A DNA stretch of 64,000 nt from Candidatus Omnitrophota bacterium (GCA_018817585.1 JAHITE010000081.1:68549-132548); one strand, 5' to 3'. Numbered from the stretch's first letter, positions 9,132-19,856 are shown. Notes: generated from the sequence alone by a model not told the origin. Made by a program: numbers and translations.

Positions 9132-10206
9132 GGCCAGAATTCTCCTTTAATTTTATCAGACGCCGCTTTAAGCCTTCGGGATCGCGCGCTTTGATAAAAG
9201 CGTCTTCTTCATTAACCAAACCTTTATGCACAACTTCCGCCAGCGCCATATCCACACTCTGCATACCGATTTTCAAACCAGTTTCTAAAGAAGAATAAAT
9301 CTGAAAAGTCTTAGCATCGCGAATAAGATTTCTGATTGCCGGAGTAACCACCATTGTTTCAATAATCGGAATCCGGCTTTGTTTATCTTTGCTGATAATC
9401 AACTGCTGACAGATAACTCCCTGCAAAGCCAGCGAAACCTGAATCCGCACCTGCTGCTGCTGAAACGGCGGAAAAACATCAATCAACCGGTCTACGGTCT
9501 GCACAGCATCGGTTGTATGCAAAGTCGCTAATACTAAATGACCTGTTTCCGCGGCGGTAATCGCGTGAGAAATTGTTTCCAGATCTCTAAGTTCGCCAAC
9601 CAGAATAACATTAGGATCCTGCCTTAATACATATTTTAAAGCGCTGCTGAATGACTTGGTATCAGACGATACTTCTCTTTGCTCAATAATGCTGGTTTTA
9701 TGTGAATAAAGATATTCAATCGGATCTTCGATGGTTATAATGTGCGCTTTTCTTTTGGTATTAATCAAATCAATCATTGCCGCGATTGTCGTTGATTTGC
9801 CGGAACCAGCAGCCCCGGTAACTAAAACCAGACCTTTTTCCAGCAGAGCCAATTCATTAACAATATTCGGTAAACCTAATTCCTCGGCATTCTTAATTTC
9901 CGAAGCCAGACGACGAAAAGCAATACCAATGCTGCCGCGCTGCATATGCAGATTAACCCGAAATCTTCCAATGCCGGCAATGCCGTAAGAAAAATCAAGA
10001 TCATTTTCTTTTTCAAATTCCTTGATCTGATCTTGATTAAGCATTTGATAAGCATAGTCCTTGGCAGTCTGGGGCATGATTTTACCAGCTTGTTCAAAAA
10101 TATTAAGTTCTCCGTTTATCCGAAATACCGGAGCAACACCGCAGACAATATGCAGATCAGAAGCATTGCGCTCAGTGGTTAATTGTAAAAGCTCTTTTAA
10201 TCCCAT
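9121..10206 (-). CDS. pilT: twitching-motility retraction ATPase PilT
   Basis: 361 aa. Walker A GAAGSGKSTT, AIRNLIRD motif, PilT length class. Overlaps pilB by 11 bp. Confidence 0.85.
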   Translation of the reverse strand: MGLKELLQLTTERNASDLHIVCGVAPVFRINGELNIFEQAGKIMPQTAKDYAYQMLNQDQIKEFEKENDLDFSYGIAGIGRFRVNLHMQRGSIGIAFRRLASEIKNAEELGLPNIVNELALLEKGLVLVTGAAGSGKSTTIAAMIDLINTKRKAHIITIEDPIEYLYSHKTSIIEQREVSSDTKSFSSALKYVLRQDPNVILVGELRDLETISHAITAAETGHLVLATLHTTDAVQTVDRLIDVFPPFQQQQVRIQVSLALQGVICQQLIISKDKQSRIPIIETMVVTPAIRNLIRDAKTFQIYSSLETGLKIGMQSVDMALAEVVHKGLVNEEDAFIKARDPEGLKRRLIKLKENSGHGS

Positions 10207-10208
10207 AA

Positions 10209-11255
10209 TTATAACAGCATCCTTTTTAAAAGTTCCGGTTTATTAGAATAAGTAATCGCGTCTCCGATTCTGATTAATCTGGCTTTACACAAATCCGCCA
10301 AAGACTGATTCATGCTCAGCATTCCTTCTTTTGCTCCGGTTTCAATCATTGAATAAATCTGATGAGTTTTCTTCTCCCGGATAAGATTAGCTACGGCTGG
10401 AGTTACACTCATAGCTTCAATCGCCGCCACGCGTCCTTTGCCATCAGCAGTGGGAATCAACCGCTGAGAAATAACTCCCTGCAAAGCCAAAGAAGTCTGC
10501 AAGCGAATCTGCGACTGCTGGCCTTCGGGAAAAACATCAATAATTCGATCAATGGTCTGTACCGCATCATTTGTATGCAATGTAGCAAACACCAGATGCC
10601 CGGTTTCCGCGGCAGTTATCGCGGTAGATATTGTTTCCAAATCACGCATTTCACCAACCAAAATCACATCCGGATCTTCACGCAGAGCATCGCGCAAAGC
10701 CAGAGAACATGACGGAGTATCAGAATAAACTTCCCTTTGATTAACAATACTTTTTTTATGCGGATGCAAATACTCGATCGGATCTTCAATCGTAATAATA
10801 TGACAGGCTTGTTCAGAATTTACCAGATCAATCATTGCCGCGAGAGTTGTTGATTTTCCTGAACCAGTTGGCCCGGTAACTAAAATTAGACCCCTTTGTT
10901 TTCGGGCTAATTCACTGACAATAAACGGTACTCCCAGTTTTTCCAATGAAGGAATTTCAAAAGGAATAAAACGCAGGGCCGCGGCCAAATAACCCTTTTC
11001 ATAAAACACATTCACCCTGAACCGGGCAATATAGCTATAAGTAAAATCAATGCTTCTGGCTTGCTCGAGTTTTGCCCGATGCTCATCAGTAAGCATTTTA
11101 TTAATCAGATTCTCAACATCACTAGCAGTTAATCTCTCTGATTCTGTAGAGATTAAGCGGCCGTGGATCCGGAGCATCGGAGGCAGTCCAACCGTAAGAT
11201 GCAGATCTGACGCGTTTTTCTCAATTGCCATGCGAATGAGTTCAAGAATTTCCAT
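10209..11255 (-). CDS. pilU: PilT-family ATPase paralog (PilU-like)
   Basis: 348 aa. Walker A GPTGSGKSTT. Roughly 50% identical to the adjacent PilT by eye. Confidence 0.75.
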   Translation of the reverse strand: MEILELIRMAIEKNASDLHLTVGLPPMLRIHGRLISTESERLTASDVENLINKMLTDEHRAKLEQARSIDFTYSYIARFRVNVFYEKGYLAAALRFIPFEIPSLEKLGVPFIVSELARKQRGLILVTGPTGSGKSTTLAAMIDLVNSEQACHIITIEDPIEYLHPHKKSIVNQREVYSDTPSCSLALRDALREDPDVILVGEMRDLETISTAITAAETGHLVFATLHTNDAVQTIDRIIDVFPEGQQSQIRLQTSLALQGVISQRLIPTADGKGRVAAIEAMSVTPAVANLIREKKTHQIYSMIETGAKEGMLSMNQSLADLCKARLIRIGDAITYSNKPELLKRMLL

Positions 11256-11259
11256 ACTC

Positions 11260-11862
11260 TTAACTCTTTTCTATCTTATACTGCATAATCAAAGTTTTTA
11301 GCTCGCCGACTAGATCATTTAATTTTCTGATCAAAACCAGCGCTTCTTCCTGACTGATCTTATTATCTTTAAGATTACTATATAATGTATCAGTTATTGC
11401 CGACAGATCAGTGATTAACTTCCGGTCCTTGGCAACCAATAAATGCATATTATCAACAACTGAATTAAACGCGGATGAAAGATTTTTCAGTTCATCATCT
11501 CTGCGCAAATGAACATTGCTGGTCAGATCACCGCGGACAACCTGCATTGCTGCCTGCTGCAGACGATAAACCGGGCCAGCGACTTTATGAGAAAAAATAA
11601 TCGCGGCAAAAATTGAAATGATCAGAACAAGGGGAATTTCAAACATAAACAGGACATTCATATTATGCAAAATCTGGTCAACAACCGCTTGAACTTGCGG
11701 GCTTACGCCTTTTTCCAACGCGGCCCAAATTGATAAATTCACCGTCAGTACAACCAGAATACTAATTGCCAGTATGGTCAGGATTAAAAACCCTACATAC
11801 TTTAATTGAAACTCTTTTTGAATTAAAAATTTTCTACGCACAAAAATTTCTTTGAGCGCCAT
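11260..11862 (-). CDS. HAMP domain-containing membrane protein (two TM helices plus HAMP, no output domain)
   Basis: 200 aa with two hydrophobic segments. HAMP-like amphipathic region (...AGPVYRLQQAAMQVVRGDLTSNVHLRRDDELKNLSSAFNSVVDNM). First gene of the pilT operon, with a GGAGG RBS. Confidence 0.55.
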   Translation of the reverse strand: MALKEIFVRRKFLIQKEFQLKYVGFLILTILAISILVVLTVNLSIWAALEKGVSPQVQAVVDQILHNMNVLFMFEIPLVLIISIFAAIIFSHKVAGPVYRLQQAAMQVVRGDLTSNVHLRRDDELKNLSSAFNSVVDNMHLLVAKDRKLITDLSAITDTLYSNLKDNKISQEEALVLIRKLNDLVGELKTLIMQYKIEKS

Positions 11863-12034
11863 TTGCCCCTCCTTTGGTCACATTAAGCTATTAGCTAAAT
11901 ATACTTATCCTTAAGTATTTATAAACCTTGACACTATTTACAGTTGAGACTTTTGTTTGACTTAGAAACAGGTTAACATATCACAGTTAGCTTGTCAATA
12001 TAACTCTACATTAAAATAATTTAAAGCAATGCCG

Positions 12035-13933
12035 CTAAACATCAATAAATTCCCGGGCCCAAAGCTCAAACATCAACAGCGTCCATATTTTATACCCATT
12101 ATCCATCAATCCAGCAGCATGCTCCGCGAGAATTTGCTTAAGATAATCTGCTTGAAAATAGCCTCGATTAATCGAGGTTTTATCCATCAAAATATCCCGC
12201 GCATAATCTTTGAGCTCTTCACGAAACCATTGGCCCAGCGGAATAGCAAAACCCTGTTTTTTGCGTTTGATTATTTTTTCAGGCAATGAATCAGCCAGAG
12301 CTTTTTTCAGAATAAATTTATTTTGAAGATTATGCAGCCTTAAATCAGAGGGAATCTGAGCGGCATATTCCATAAATTTATGATCTAAAAAAGGCGCGCG
12401 AGTTTCTAAGGAATTAGCCATGGAAGCAATATCCATTTTTACCAGTAAATCATTGGGCAAATAGGTATCAATATCTACCTGCCGGGTAATATCGCTAAAA
12501 TCAGCGGATTTTTTGCCGGCATACAGCTTTTCCAAATACTCGAGATCATTGTTTAAATTTAATTTTTCTAAAATATTTTTATTCAGCAGCTGCTTTTTCT
12601 GCTCAGGATTAAAACAGGATATCCAGTTTAGATTACGCTGCACCGCCGGATATTCAAGACCTTGGAAAAACCGTTTTATCTGCCAGGCATTGCTCCGAAT
12701 ATCCTTACCCTGCGGCAGCAGATTGAGCACTGCCTGCGATAAAAGTCCGCGAATAACCCGCGGCATTAAATCAAACCACTGCCCGGCTTTAGCCGCTGTA
12801 TAACGATAATAACCGCTAAATGATTCATCGCCTCCATCACCGCAAAGGGCAACTTTTACATGCCGCGCGGCAAACTGGGAAATATAATATGTGGGAATGC
12901 AGGAATAATCAGCATAGGGCTCTCCATAATGTTTGATTAATTTGGGCATAATTTCAATGGCTTTGGGCTGAACAATCAGCTGATGATGTTCTGTGGAAAA
13001 TTTATCGGCAATTATTTTGGCATATTCCAGCTCATTATAATCTTTATTTTCAAAGCCAACAGAAAATGTTTTTATATCAGCTGTATGCTTACGCATCTGG
13101 CTGACAATCGCGCTAGAATCTATCCCGCCGCTTAAAAACACACCCACAGGCACATCACTGGCCAAATGCAGTTTAACTGATTGATCCAGCTGTTCGCGAA
13201 CTCCCTGCGCATACTGTTTTAGAGTTTTCCGCGGGCTAATACAAGGATTTAAACTCCAGTATTTTTTAATTTCCAGTTTATTGTCCTGAACAATCAGATA
13301 ATGCGCCGGCAATAATTTTTTAATATTTTTAAACATTGTCCTCGGCGCCGGAACGTAAAAAAAACTCAAATATAAATTCAGGGAATCCGGATCAACTTGC
13401 CGGTTTATAAACGGCGCGGCTAAAAGCGCCTGCAATTCTGAAGCAAAAACAAACCGCTGATCATCCTGCCAGTAAACTAATGGCTTTTGACCGGTATGAT
13501 CGCGGGCGATAAATAATTTATTGTTCGGCTTATCCCAAAGCGCGAAAGCAAACATCCCTCTTAAATAATCCAAAGCAGCTTCCTGGTATTCTTCATAAAG
13601 ATGAACAATAACTTCTGAATCTGTATTTGACAGAAAAACATGCCCTTTTTTTTCCAGCAAATCGCGGAGTTCTAAATAATTGTATATTTCTCCATTTACA
13701 ATCAGCCAGATTGTTTTAGTTTCATTACTGATCGGCTGCTGGCCGCTTTTCAAATCAATAATCGAAAGCCGTCTGTGGCCCAATCCGATTTTTTGATCAA
13801 TATATTTACCAAATGAATCAGGACCGCGATGCGCCAGTTTATCAGACATTGCCTTGATTAAACTCTCATCAGTTTTTTGGCCTTTATAATTAAGAACTCC
13901 GCATATCCCGCACACAATCAGATCTCCAGACAC
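12035..13933 (-). CDS. asnB: asparagine synthetase (glutamine-hydrolysing)-like amidotransferase in a glycan cluster
   Basis: 632 aa. Ntn glutaminase domain (CGICGV...), PP-loop SGGIDSS and an AsnB C-terminal domain. The annotated ATG gives MSGDLIVCGICG. The catalytic Cys must be residue 2, so the true start is probably the in-frame GTG near 13915 (gtg tgc ggg ata). Confidence 0.8.
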   Translation of the reverse strand: MSGDLIVCGICGVLNYKGQKTDESLIKAMSDKLAHRGPDSFGKYIDQKIGLGHRRLSIIDLKSGQQPISNETKTIWLIVNGEIYNYLELRDLLEKKGHVFLSNTDSEVIVHLYEEYQEAALDYLRGMFAFALWDKPNNKLFIARDHTGQKPLVYWQDDQRFVFASELQALLAAPFINRQVDPDSLNLYLSFFYVPAPRTMFKNIKKLLPAHYLIVQDNKLEIKKYWSLNPCISPRKTLKQYAQGVREQLDQSVKLHLASDVPVGVFLSGGIDSSAIVSQMRKHTADIKTFSVGFENKDYNELEYAKIIADKFSTEHHQLIVQPKAIEIMPKLIKHYGEPYADYSCIPTYYISQFAARHVKVALCGDGGDESFSGYYRYTAAKAGQWFDLMPRVIRGLLSQAVLNLLPQGKDIRSNAWQIKRFFQGLEYPAVQRNLNWISCFNPEQKKQLLNKNILEKLNLNNDLEYLEKLYAGKKSADFSDITRQVDIDTYLPNDLLVKMDIASMANSLETRAPFLDHKFMEYAAQIPSDLRLHNLQNKFILKKALADSLPEKIIKRKKQGFAIPLGQWFREELKDYARDILMDKTSINRGYFQADYLKQILAEHAAGLMDNGYKIWTLLMFELWAREFIDV

Positions 13934-14089
13934 TCTGGTCTTTGATAATTATAAGATTAATTAACTTTCTATATTAATAATCCCTACTATTTTAAAACAA
14001 ATTAAACATTTTGAAGATTATTTTTATAATCAAGTCCTACTAACAACTTCTTTTTTTACTTACAATTCTACTTCCTATATTAGCTCCTA

Positions 14090-15211
14090 CTAACTCTTAA
14101 GATGCAAATTCTTATATATTGATTCTATTTTTTTAGTCATAACTTTAATATCAAATCTTTCTTTTACTGAATTTTGTCCATTAACACTTAATCTATTCCT
14201 TAAGTTCTTATCAGACAATACCTGAATAATTCTATCTGCTAAAACCTCTGAATTAGCCGGCGGCACTAATATGCCTGTTTCCCCATCCTCTATAACTTCT
14301 TTTATCCCATCTATGTCACTGGCTATGACTGCAACTTCCGCTGCCTGCGCCTCCAATAAAACCAAGCCAAATCCTTCCCATACGGACGGCAAGACAAATA
14401 GGTCTAATGAATGCAGAACATCAGAAACATTATCTATTGCATTAAAAAATTTTACATTATTTTCAATATTAAGCATCTTTACTCTATTTTCTATTTGTTG
14501 CCGCAACACGCCCTCTCCAACAAAAAGGAAATAAACATTATTTATTTTATCTAATATTCTGGGGATAGCCTCGACTAAATAAATATGCCCCTTTTGCTCA
14601 TCAAATCGAGCAACTGTGCCTACAATAAAAGCCTGCGAATTTAAATTTAATTTTTCTCTTATTTTTGATTTATCATTTCCAGATAAGAATTTTTTAAAAT
14701 CTATACCGTTACGAACAACTGTTATTTTACTGGGACTTATTTTTTGATACTTAACCATAAAATCCCGAACGGAATTAGAAACGGCAATAATTCTATTGGA
14801 TAAATTCGCAATCAGAGAATCAAGAAAAACTGCTAGTGATTTAGTCTTTCTAAAATTATCAGTATTATGCTTTGTAGACAATACTACAGGCACTCCAGCC
14901 AATCTTGCTGCGAAAAAACCAAAAATATCTGCATCGATTAAATGTGTGTGAATAATGTCAAACCGGTTTTTCTTAATAAATTTAGTTATTTTCATTAAAA
15001 CTAATAAATCGTATCTTGAACGCATTCCAAAACAATATGCTTTAATCCCCTTTGCCTCAATTACCCGGGCAAGAGTTCCCTTCCCGCGTAAATAGCCTAC
15101 ACTTACTTCAAATTTATCTTTTGAAAGAAGAGGTAAAAACTCTGTTAATAGAATTTCCGCACCTCCGCGTTCAAGTCCTGTGATCAGATGGAATATTTTA
15201 ATTTTAGACAT
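14090..15211 (-). CDS. glycosyltransferase family 4 (GT-B, retaining)
   Basis: 373 aa. N-terminal Glyco_trans_4-like region and a C-terminal E-x7-E-type region (FVLPSVWEGFGLVLLEAQAAEVAVIAS). Confidence 0.8.
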   Translation of the reverse strand: MSKIKIFHLITGLERGGAEILLTEFLPLLSKDKFEVSVGYLRGKGTLARVIEAKGIKAYCFGMRSRYDLLVLMKITKFIKKNRFDIIHTHLIDADIFGFFAARLAGVPVVLSTKHNTDNFRKTKSLAVFLDSLIANLSNRIIAVSNSVRDFMVKYQKISPSKITVVRNGIDFKKFLSGNDKSKIREKLNLNSQAFIVGTVARFDEQKGHIYLVEAIPRILDKINNVYFLFVGEGVLRQQIENRVKMLNIENNVKFFNAIDNVSDVLHSLDLFVLPSVWEGFGLVLLEAQAAEVAVIASDIDGIKEVIEDGETGILVPPANSEVLADRIIQVLSDKNLRNRLSVNGQNSVKERFDIKVMTKKIESIYKNLHLKS

Positions 15212-15224
15212 AACAGTAAATTTT

Positions 15225-16637
15225 TCACCCTTGCCAATTTATAATTTTAGTGAGAAAAATAAAAAAAATACAGTCGAATTTTACATATAATTTTAGAATT
15301 TTTTTAGGCAATCGTCTTCTAAGTGCCGAAGAAAAACGCATATACTTTCTCAGAAAATCATACTGTTTAATCAAATTATCCCGGGGCTGTTCCGTATACA
15401 AAGGCACAGTTGGTAAGCCTGGCATCCCCTGATCATAGAACTCATACCAAGAAAATTTCTCGGATAAAATTTTCTTCTGCCTAGCTATACGTTCTAGTTC
15501 TGTCCCGGGATAGATTCTTAATACCTGAATAGCCAGCAATGTCGCTTGCGTTGACAATAAATCTACAACTGTCTTCTTAAGACCTTGAGGATCATCTCCG
15601 GGCAAACCAATCAATATGTATAATTGTACATTTTCTATGCCAGCATCAATAGAGTCTTTTACTGCTTCTTTGACCTCATTAAGCAAAGCTTTTCTTCCTA
15701 TATATTTACATACATTGTTATTCAGTGTTTCCACGCCATAGTTTATTTGCACACATCCAGCATCGCTCATTAAGACTAATAAATCCTTATTTATCGCGTC
15801 AATACGCGTACTTGTCCCCCATTTAATATTAAGTTTTTTTTCTATAAAAAGATTACAGATTTTTTCAGCTCTTTTTTTATTAGCAGTAAACATATCATCA
15901 TAGAAATAAAATAAATTTATACCATAATCAGATAATAGCATCTCAACTTCTTCAACTACTTTTTTTGCAGAGATACTTCGTGAATTCATACCCCATAATT
16001 TTGAAGCCGAACAATAAATACAACCAAAAGGACAACCACGATTTGTATTAATATGAGTATTCTTTTGTTTTCGAACTGAAAATCCAGGGTATTTATCAAG
16101 ATCAATTAAATGACGCGCAGGAAAAGGTAATTTACCTAAATCATCAATCCTTTTTCTCAGAGGATTTGTTTTAATATTTTCTTCATCGCGATATACAATG
16201 CCTTCAATATCAGCAAAAGGCTTGCCGCTTATAAGTTCAGCTATCGTGTTATCACCTTCACCTAGAACAACAAGATCAGCTTTGGTAGATAATAATGTTT
16301 CCTCAGGACAAAAAGTTACATGTGCGCCACCTACAACAATAAATAAATCCGGTATTTTTTTACGAATAAGTTCGGTAAGTTCCTTCATCTCAAAACGCGT
16401 TTCAGTAGTACACGTAATCCCAATAAGATCAGGCTTTTCCTCTTGTATATTTTTAACGATCTCAGCATAACTCATTTTTTTTATAGCTGCATCTAAAACA
16501 TTGACTTTACAACCATTATTTTCTAATGAAGCCGCTATATACAGGATACCTAAGGGAGGAAAATAACTAAAGAAAGTAGGATTATAAATATTTGGCGCAA
16601 CAATTAACAAAACTGAACGAATACTTTTTAACTGCAA
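15225..16637 (-). CDS. B12-binding domain radical SAM protein (class B radical SAM, putative glycan C- or O-methyltransferase or similar)
   Basis: 470 aa. N-terminal cobalamin-binding Rossmann-like region and the radical SAM cluster motif CPFGCIYC. Embedded between glycosyltransferases. Confidence 0.75.
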   Translation of the reverse strand: MQLKSIRSVLLIVAPNIYNPTFFSYFPPLGILYIAASLENNGCKVNVLDAAIKKMSYAEIVKNIQEEKPDLIGITCTTETRFEMKELTELIRKKIPDLFIVVGGAHVTFCPEETLLSTKADLVVLGEGDNTIAELISGKPFADIEGIVYRDEENIKTNPLRKRIDDLGKLPFPARHLIDLDKYPGFSVRKQKNTHINTNRGCPFGCIYCSASKLWGMNSRSISAKKVVEEVEMLLSDYGINLFYFYDDMFTANKKRAEKICNLFIEKKLNIKWGTSTRIDAINKDLLVLMSDAGCVQINYGVETLNNNVCKYIGRKALLNEVKEAVKDSIDAGIENVQLYILIGLPGDDPQGLKKTVVDLLSTQATLLAIQVLRIYPGTELERIARQKKILSEKFSWYEFYDQGMPGLPTVPLYTEQPRDNLIKQYDFLRKYMRFSSALRRRLPKKILKLYVKFDCIFFIFLTKIINWQG

Positions 16638-18781
16638 CTGTTTATCTCCTTTTTCAACCGACTACGGAGTAAATTTCCAGTTAGTAAATCCAAATATACA
16701 TCCTCTGTTCTTTTAGCCATACCTTCTAAACAAAAACGTGCTTTGACAACTTCTTTTGCTGCCATACCCATTTTTAAAGCTTTTTCTTTATTTTCAAGCA
16801 ATTTAACAACTGCTTTAGCAATCTCAGAAGAATCCTCAGGCTTAATCAATAATCCACTATAATTATGATTAAGAGCTTCAGCAGTCCCATCCACATTTGT
16901 AGCAACAATCGGTTTACCGATTGCCATTGCTTCTAATAAAGCATTAGAGAGCGGTTCCCAAATAGAAGGCAGCACAAAAATATCCATGATTTCAAGTAGG
17001 TTTGCGATGTCATTACGAAAGCCAGTGAAAATCACATTATTATCAATCCCTGCTTTTTTTACAAAAGATTTCAAGTCTTTTTCAAGCGGCCCATTACCGA
17101 CAATTAAAAATTTAGCTTTTGGAAATTTTTCTAAAATTGATACTGCTGCTTCAATAAAATATTTATGTCCTTTTTGTTTAACTAAACGACCTATCACCCC
17201 GATTACAATATCATCATCAGAAAGAGAAAGTTCTCTCTTTGTTTTAATTATTTCAGAAGGTTCGGTTAACTCATTCCAGTCTATTCCATTGTAAATCGTT
17301 AAAAGTTTTCTTTTCGATATTTTTCGTTTGATCATATCTCGTTTTAAAGCCTCAGAAACAATGATAAATCTATCGACAAAACAGCTCATCAACCGATCAA
17401 TAAAAACAAATTTACTAAAAGACCAAATATATTTATGACGGGTCATATTAATACGCTCAACTACAGGAATCCTTAATAATTTTGCAATAATCGCATGCAC
17501 TCTAGTACTATGAAGATGCACTAAATCAATATTCTCTCTTTTTAATATTTGGACCAAATTATATAGAGTCGACAATCCGAATCTACTTTTTTGAATATTA
17601 ACCAAAACCCTGACATTCTCTTTTCTTAATCTTTTAATCAATGGCCCCTGTGCAGGACACATAACAATGGGATTGAATTTCTTTCTATTTAATCGCCTTA
17701 GCAATAATATTAATGCTTTTTCTGAGCCAGCGATCTCAGCTGAATTCATTGTATATAAGATATTATAGCAACACCCAAAAGAGAAATTATTTTTTTTTCT
17801 TAGCTTATTTTTATTTTGTAATAAAAATAAATTCAGAAACCACCTATTCATATATCTGCCTGACACACAACGGGCTTGTTGAATCATCTTTCTTTTTAAA
17901 AAAAATCTGGGACATAACTTGATCACATTCTTACCTGCTTTTATCCAAGCAAATATTGAGAAATTTTCCTTAAAAAAAACACAATAGAATTCAGCAATAA
18001 AAATCATTAAGGAATTTTTTATAACTCTAAGAGGCAAATCATTCTTTAGAGCCATAAGATATCGATTTTTCAGATAATGAACTTGTATTGCCGGATTCTT
18101 CTTAGCATTGGTCATACCTCTTGCATGATATGCAACTGCATTTGGGACATACACACACTTCCAACCGCATAACTGAAGCCGCCAATCCAGATCAGCATCT
18201 TCAAAATATGAGAAAAAATCCTCATCAAAATATTCATTTTGAAATTTTACTGCATCTAATGCTTCCTTCTTATATATTGCTGCTGCTGCACAAGCTCCAA
18301 AAACCGCCTCCAAGACATTAAACTGTCCATTATCAATTTCTTCTGCACCTCGATTATGAACATACCAATTAGAAGTAAGAAAATGGCCTGTAGAATCAAT
18401 TATTTTTGTTTGCTTACCATTCAACATTCTCAGAAGCTTACCTGTAGCCCATCCTAATGTTTGATCATCTTCCAGAACGTTTACTATTTCTTTGATATAA
18501 TCTTGATCTAATACAGCATCACTATTGAGCGATAGAATATAATCGCCGCTTGAATTATCTATCCCAATATTTTGTCCACAGGCAAATCCGACATTTTTAT
18601 CGTTTTTAATGAGTTTACACTTTTTTTTAAAAGTACTCTCAATTAAGGGCCATGATCCGTCTCGTGAATTATTATCTATTATGATTATTTCAATATTTTT
18701 ATAGGTCTGATCTATAACCGACTGTATACAGTCAATTATAGTTTCTTTACTATTCCAATTTAATATAATTACAGAAACCAT
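16628..18781 (-). CDS. bifunctional glycosyltransferase (N-terminal GT2 fused to C-terminal GT4)
   Basis: 717 aa. The N-terminus (VSVIILNWNSKETIIDCIQSVIDQTY, DxD region) is GT2. Residues from about 340 on (MNSAEIAGSEKALILLL...VLPSIWEPLSNALLEAMAIGKPIVAT) are GT4. Confidence 0.75.
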   Translation of the reverse strand: MVSVIILNWNSKETIIDCIQSVIDQTYKNIEIIIIDNNSRDGSWPLIESTFKKKCKLIKNDKNVGFACGQNIGIDNSSGDYILSLNSDAVLDQDYIKEIVNVLEDDQTLGWATGKLLRMLNGKQTKIIDSTGHFLTSNWYVHNRGAEEIDNGQFNVLEAVFGACAAAAIYKKEALDAVKFQNEYFDEDFFSYFEDADLDWRLQLCGWKCVYVPNAVAYHARGMTNAKKNPAIQVHYLKNRYLMALKNDLPLRVIKNSLMIFIAEFYCVFFKENFSIFAWIKAGKNVIKLCPRFFLKRKMIQQARCVSGRYMNRWFLNLFLLQNKNKLRKKNNFSFGCCYNILYTMNSAEIAGSEKALILLLRRLNRKKFNPIVMCPAQGPLIKRLRKENVRVLVNIQKSRFGLSTLYNLVQILKRENIDLVHLHSTRVHAIIAKLLRIPVVERINMTRHKYIWSFSKFVFIDRLMSCFVDRFIIVSEALKRDMIKRKISKRKLLTIYNGIDWNELTEPSEIIKTKRELSLSDDDIVIGVIGRLVKQKGHKYFIEAAVSILEKFPKAKFLIVGNGPLEKDLKSFVKKAGIDNNVIFTGFRNDIANLLEIMDIFVLPSIWEPLSNALLEAMAIGKPIVATNVDGTAEALNHNYSGLLIKPEDSSEIAKAVVKLLENKEKALKMGMAAKEVVKARFCLEGMAKRTEDVYLDLLTGNLLRSRLKKEINSCS

Positions 18782-18787
18782 GACCTT

Positions 18788-19723
18788 TTACCCATTTTCC
18801 ATATTAAACTTCAAAGTTATTATTTTTTTAAGCTCGTAAAAAAATTTAAACCCAAAGGGTGCAAATCTAGACATTAAAAAAGCAAGTAAAAATTTAATAC
18901 GAAACGGACATACTAAAAACGCTTGAGAAATATACTGTTTCCCTCTATCCCTATCTTTCCTCTTATGAAACTCACTGCCGAGTATATATGCGTGATATGC
19001 CAATAGCTTTTTATCTTCTTTTATCTCTAAAAAATGCTTTTTAAAAATCAACTCCCGAGCATCGACTAAGGCATCTTTTGATGAAGAAATGCTCCCTTTT
19101 GTAAAATGCACTAAAGTAAGTGCTTCACTTATATATTTAAAGTCATAGTGCTTTGATATTCTTATCCATAATTCCCAATCCACAAGGTGAAATAATCTTT
19201 CATCAAAAAACCCAACTTTTTCAAAACATTCTTTCTTTATTACTGTTGTAGGAGTTCCTATAAAATTTACTTTTAAAAGCTCATTATGAACATGTCCTTC
19301 TTTTTTTTTGATTCCTCCCGAAGGAATATAATTTTTTTTATCACCTTTTATTTTCCATAAACCACTATAAACTACCCCCAGATTTGACGGGGAGTTTTCA
19401 AAAACCTTCATTTGCTTTTCTAATTTTTCCCGAACCCATTCATCATCACTATCTTGTGAAGCAATATACTTTCCCTCAGCAAGTTTAATCCCGGTATTTC
19501 TTGAAGCAGCTTCACCTCTATTATTTTTATGACGAATGTATCTTATTCTTTTATCGTCAAATGATCGCACCACATTCATTGTATCATCGACAGAACAATC
19601 ATCGACAACAATTAATTCAAGATTTCTATAGGTCTGTTCTAAAACACTGGCTATTGATCTCTTTAATAGTCTAGCACGATTATATGTGGGCAAAACGACA
19701 CTTACTTTGAGATTATTTCCCAA
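18788..19723 (-). CDS. glycosyltransferase family 2
   Basis: 311 aa. VSVVLPTYNRARLLKRSIASVLEQTY and DDCSVDDT (DxD). Confidence 0.8.
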   Translation of the reverse strand: MGNNLKVSVVLPTYNRARLLKRSIASVLEQTYRNLELIVVDDCSVDDTMNVVRSFDDKRIRYIRHKNNRGEAASRNTGIKLAEGKYIASQDSDDEWVREKLEKQMKVFENSPSNLGVVYSGLWKIKGDKKNYIPSGGIKKKEGHVHNELLKVNFIGTPTTVIKKECFEKVGFFDERLFHLVDWELWIRISKHYDFKYISEALTLVHFTKGSISSSKDALVDARELIFKKHFLEIKEDKKLLAYHAYILGSEFHKRKDRDRGKQYISQAFLVCPFRIKFLLAFLMSRFAPFGFKFFYELKKIITLKFNMENG

Positions 19724-19856
19724 ATTAAACTCCTATTTTTTACAGTATTTTATTTTAAAAAGAAGTGCTTTCATAATTGCTTTTCCAAAAAGTTGATTTA
19801 CCGTATTTACGACATTGATCAGTAAGAAAAAACTGTATTCTTAATGCATCACTTTG

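Noticed and set aside
11863-12034. Possible sigma70 or sigma54 promoter upstream of the HAMP/pilT operon
   Set aside because: A minus-strand TTGACA at 11993-11998 has no acceptable -10 at 16-18 bp spacing, and there is no TGGCA-N5-TTGC element. Only the GGAGG RBS is solid.
13934-14089. Repeated cctactaac motif in the asnB upstream region as a regulatory direct repeat
   Set aside because: It has only two copies of an 8-9-mer in AT-rich DNA and no dyad symmetry, so it is not distinguishable from chance.
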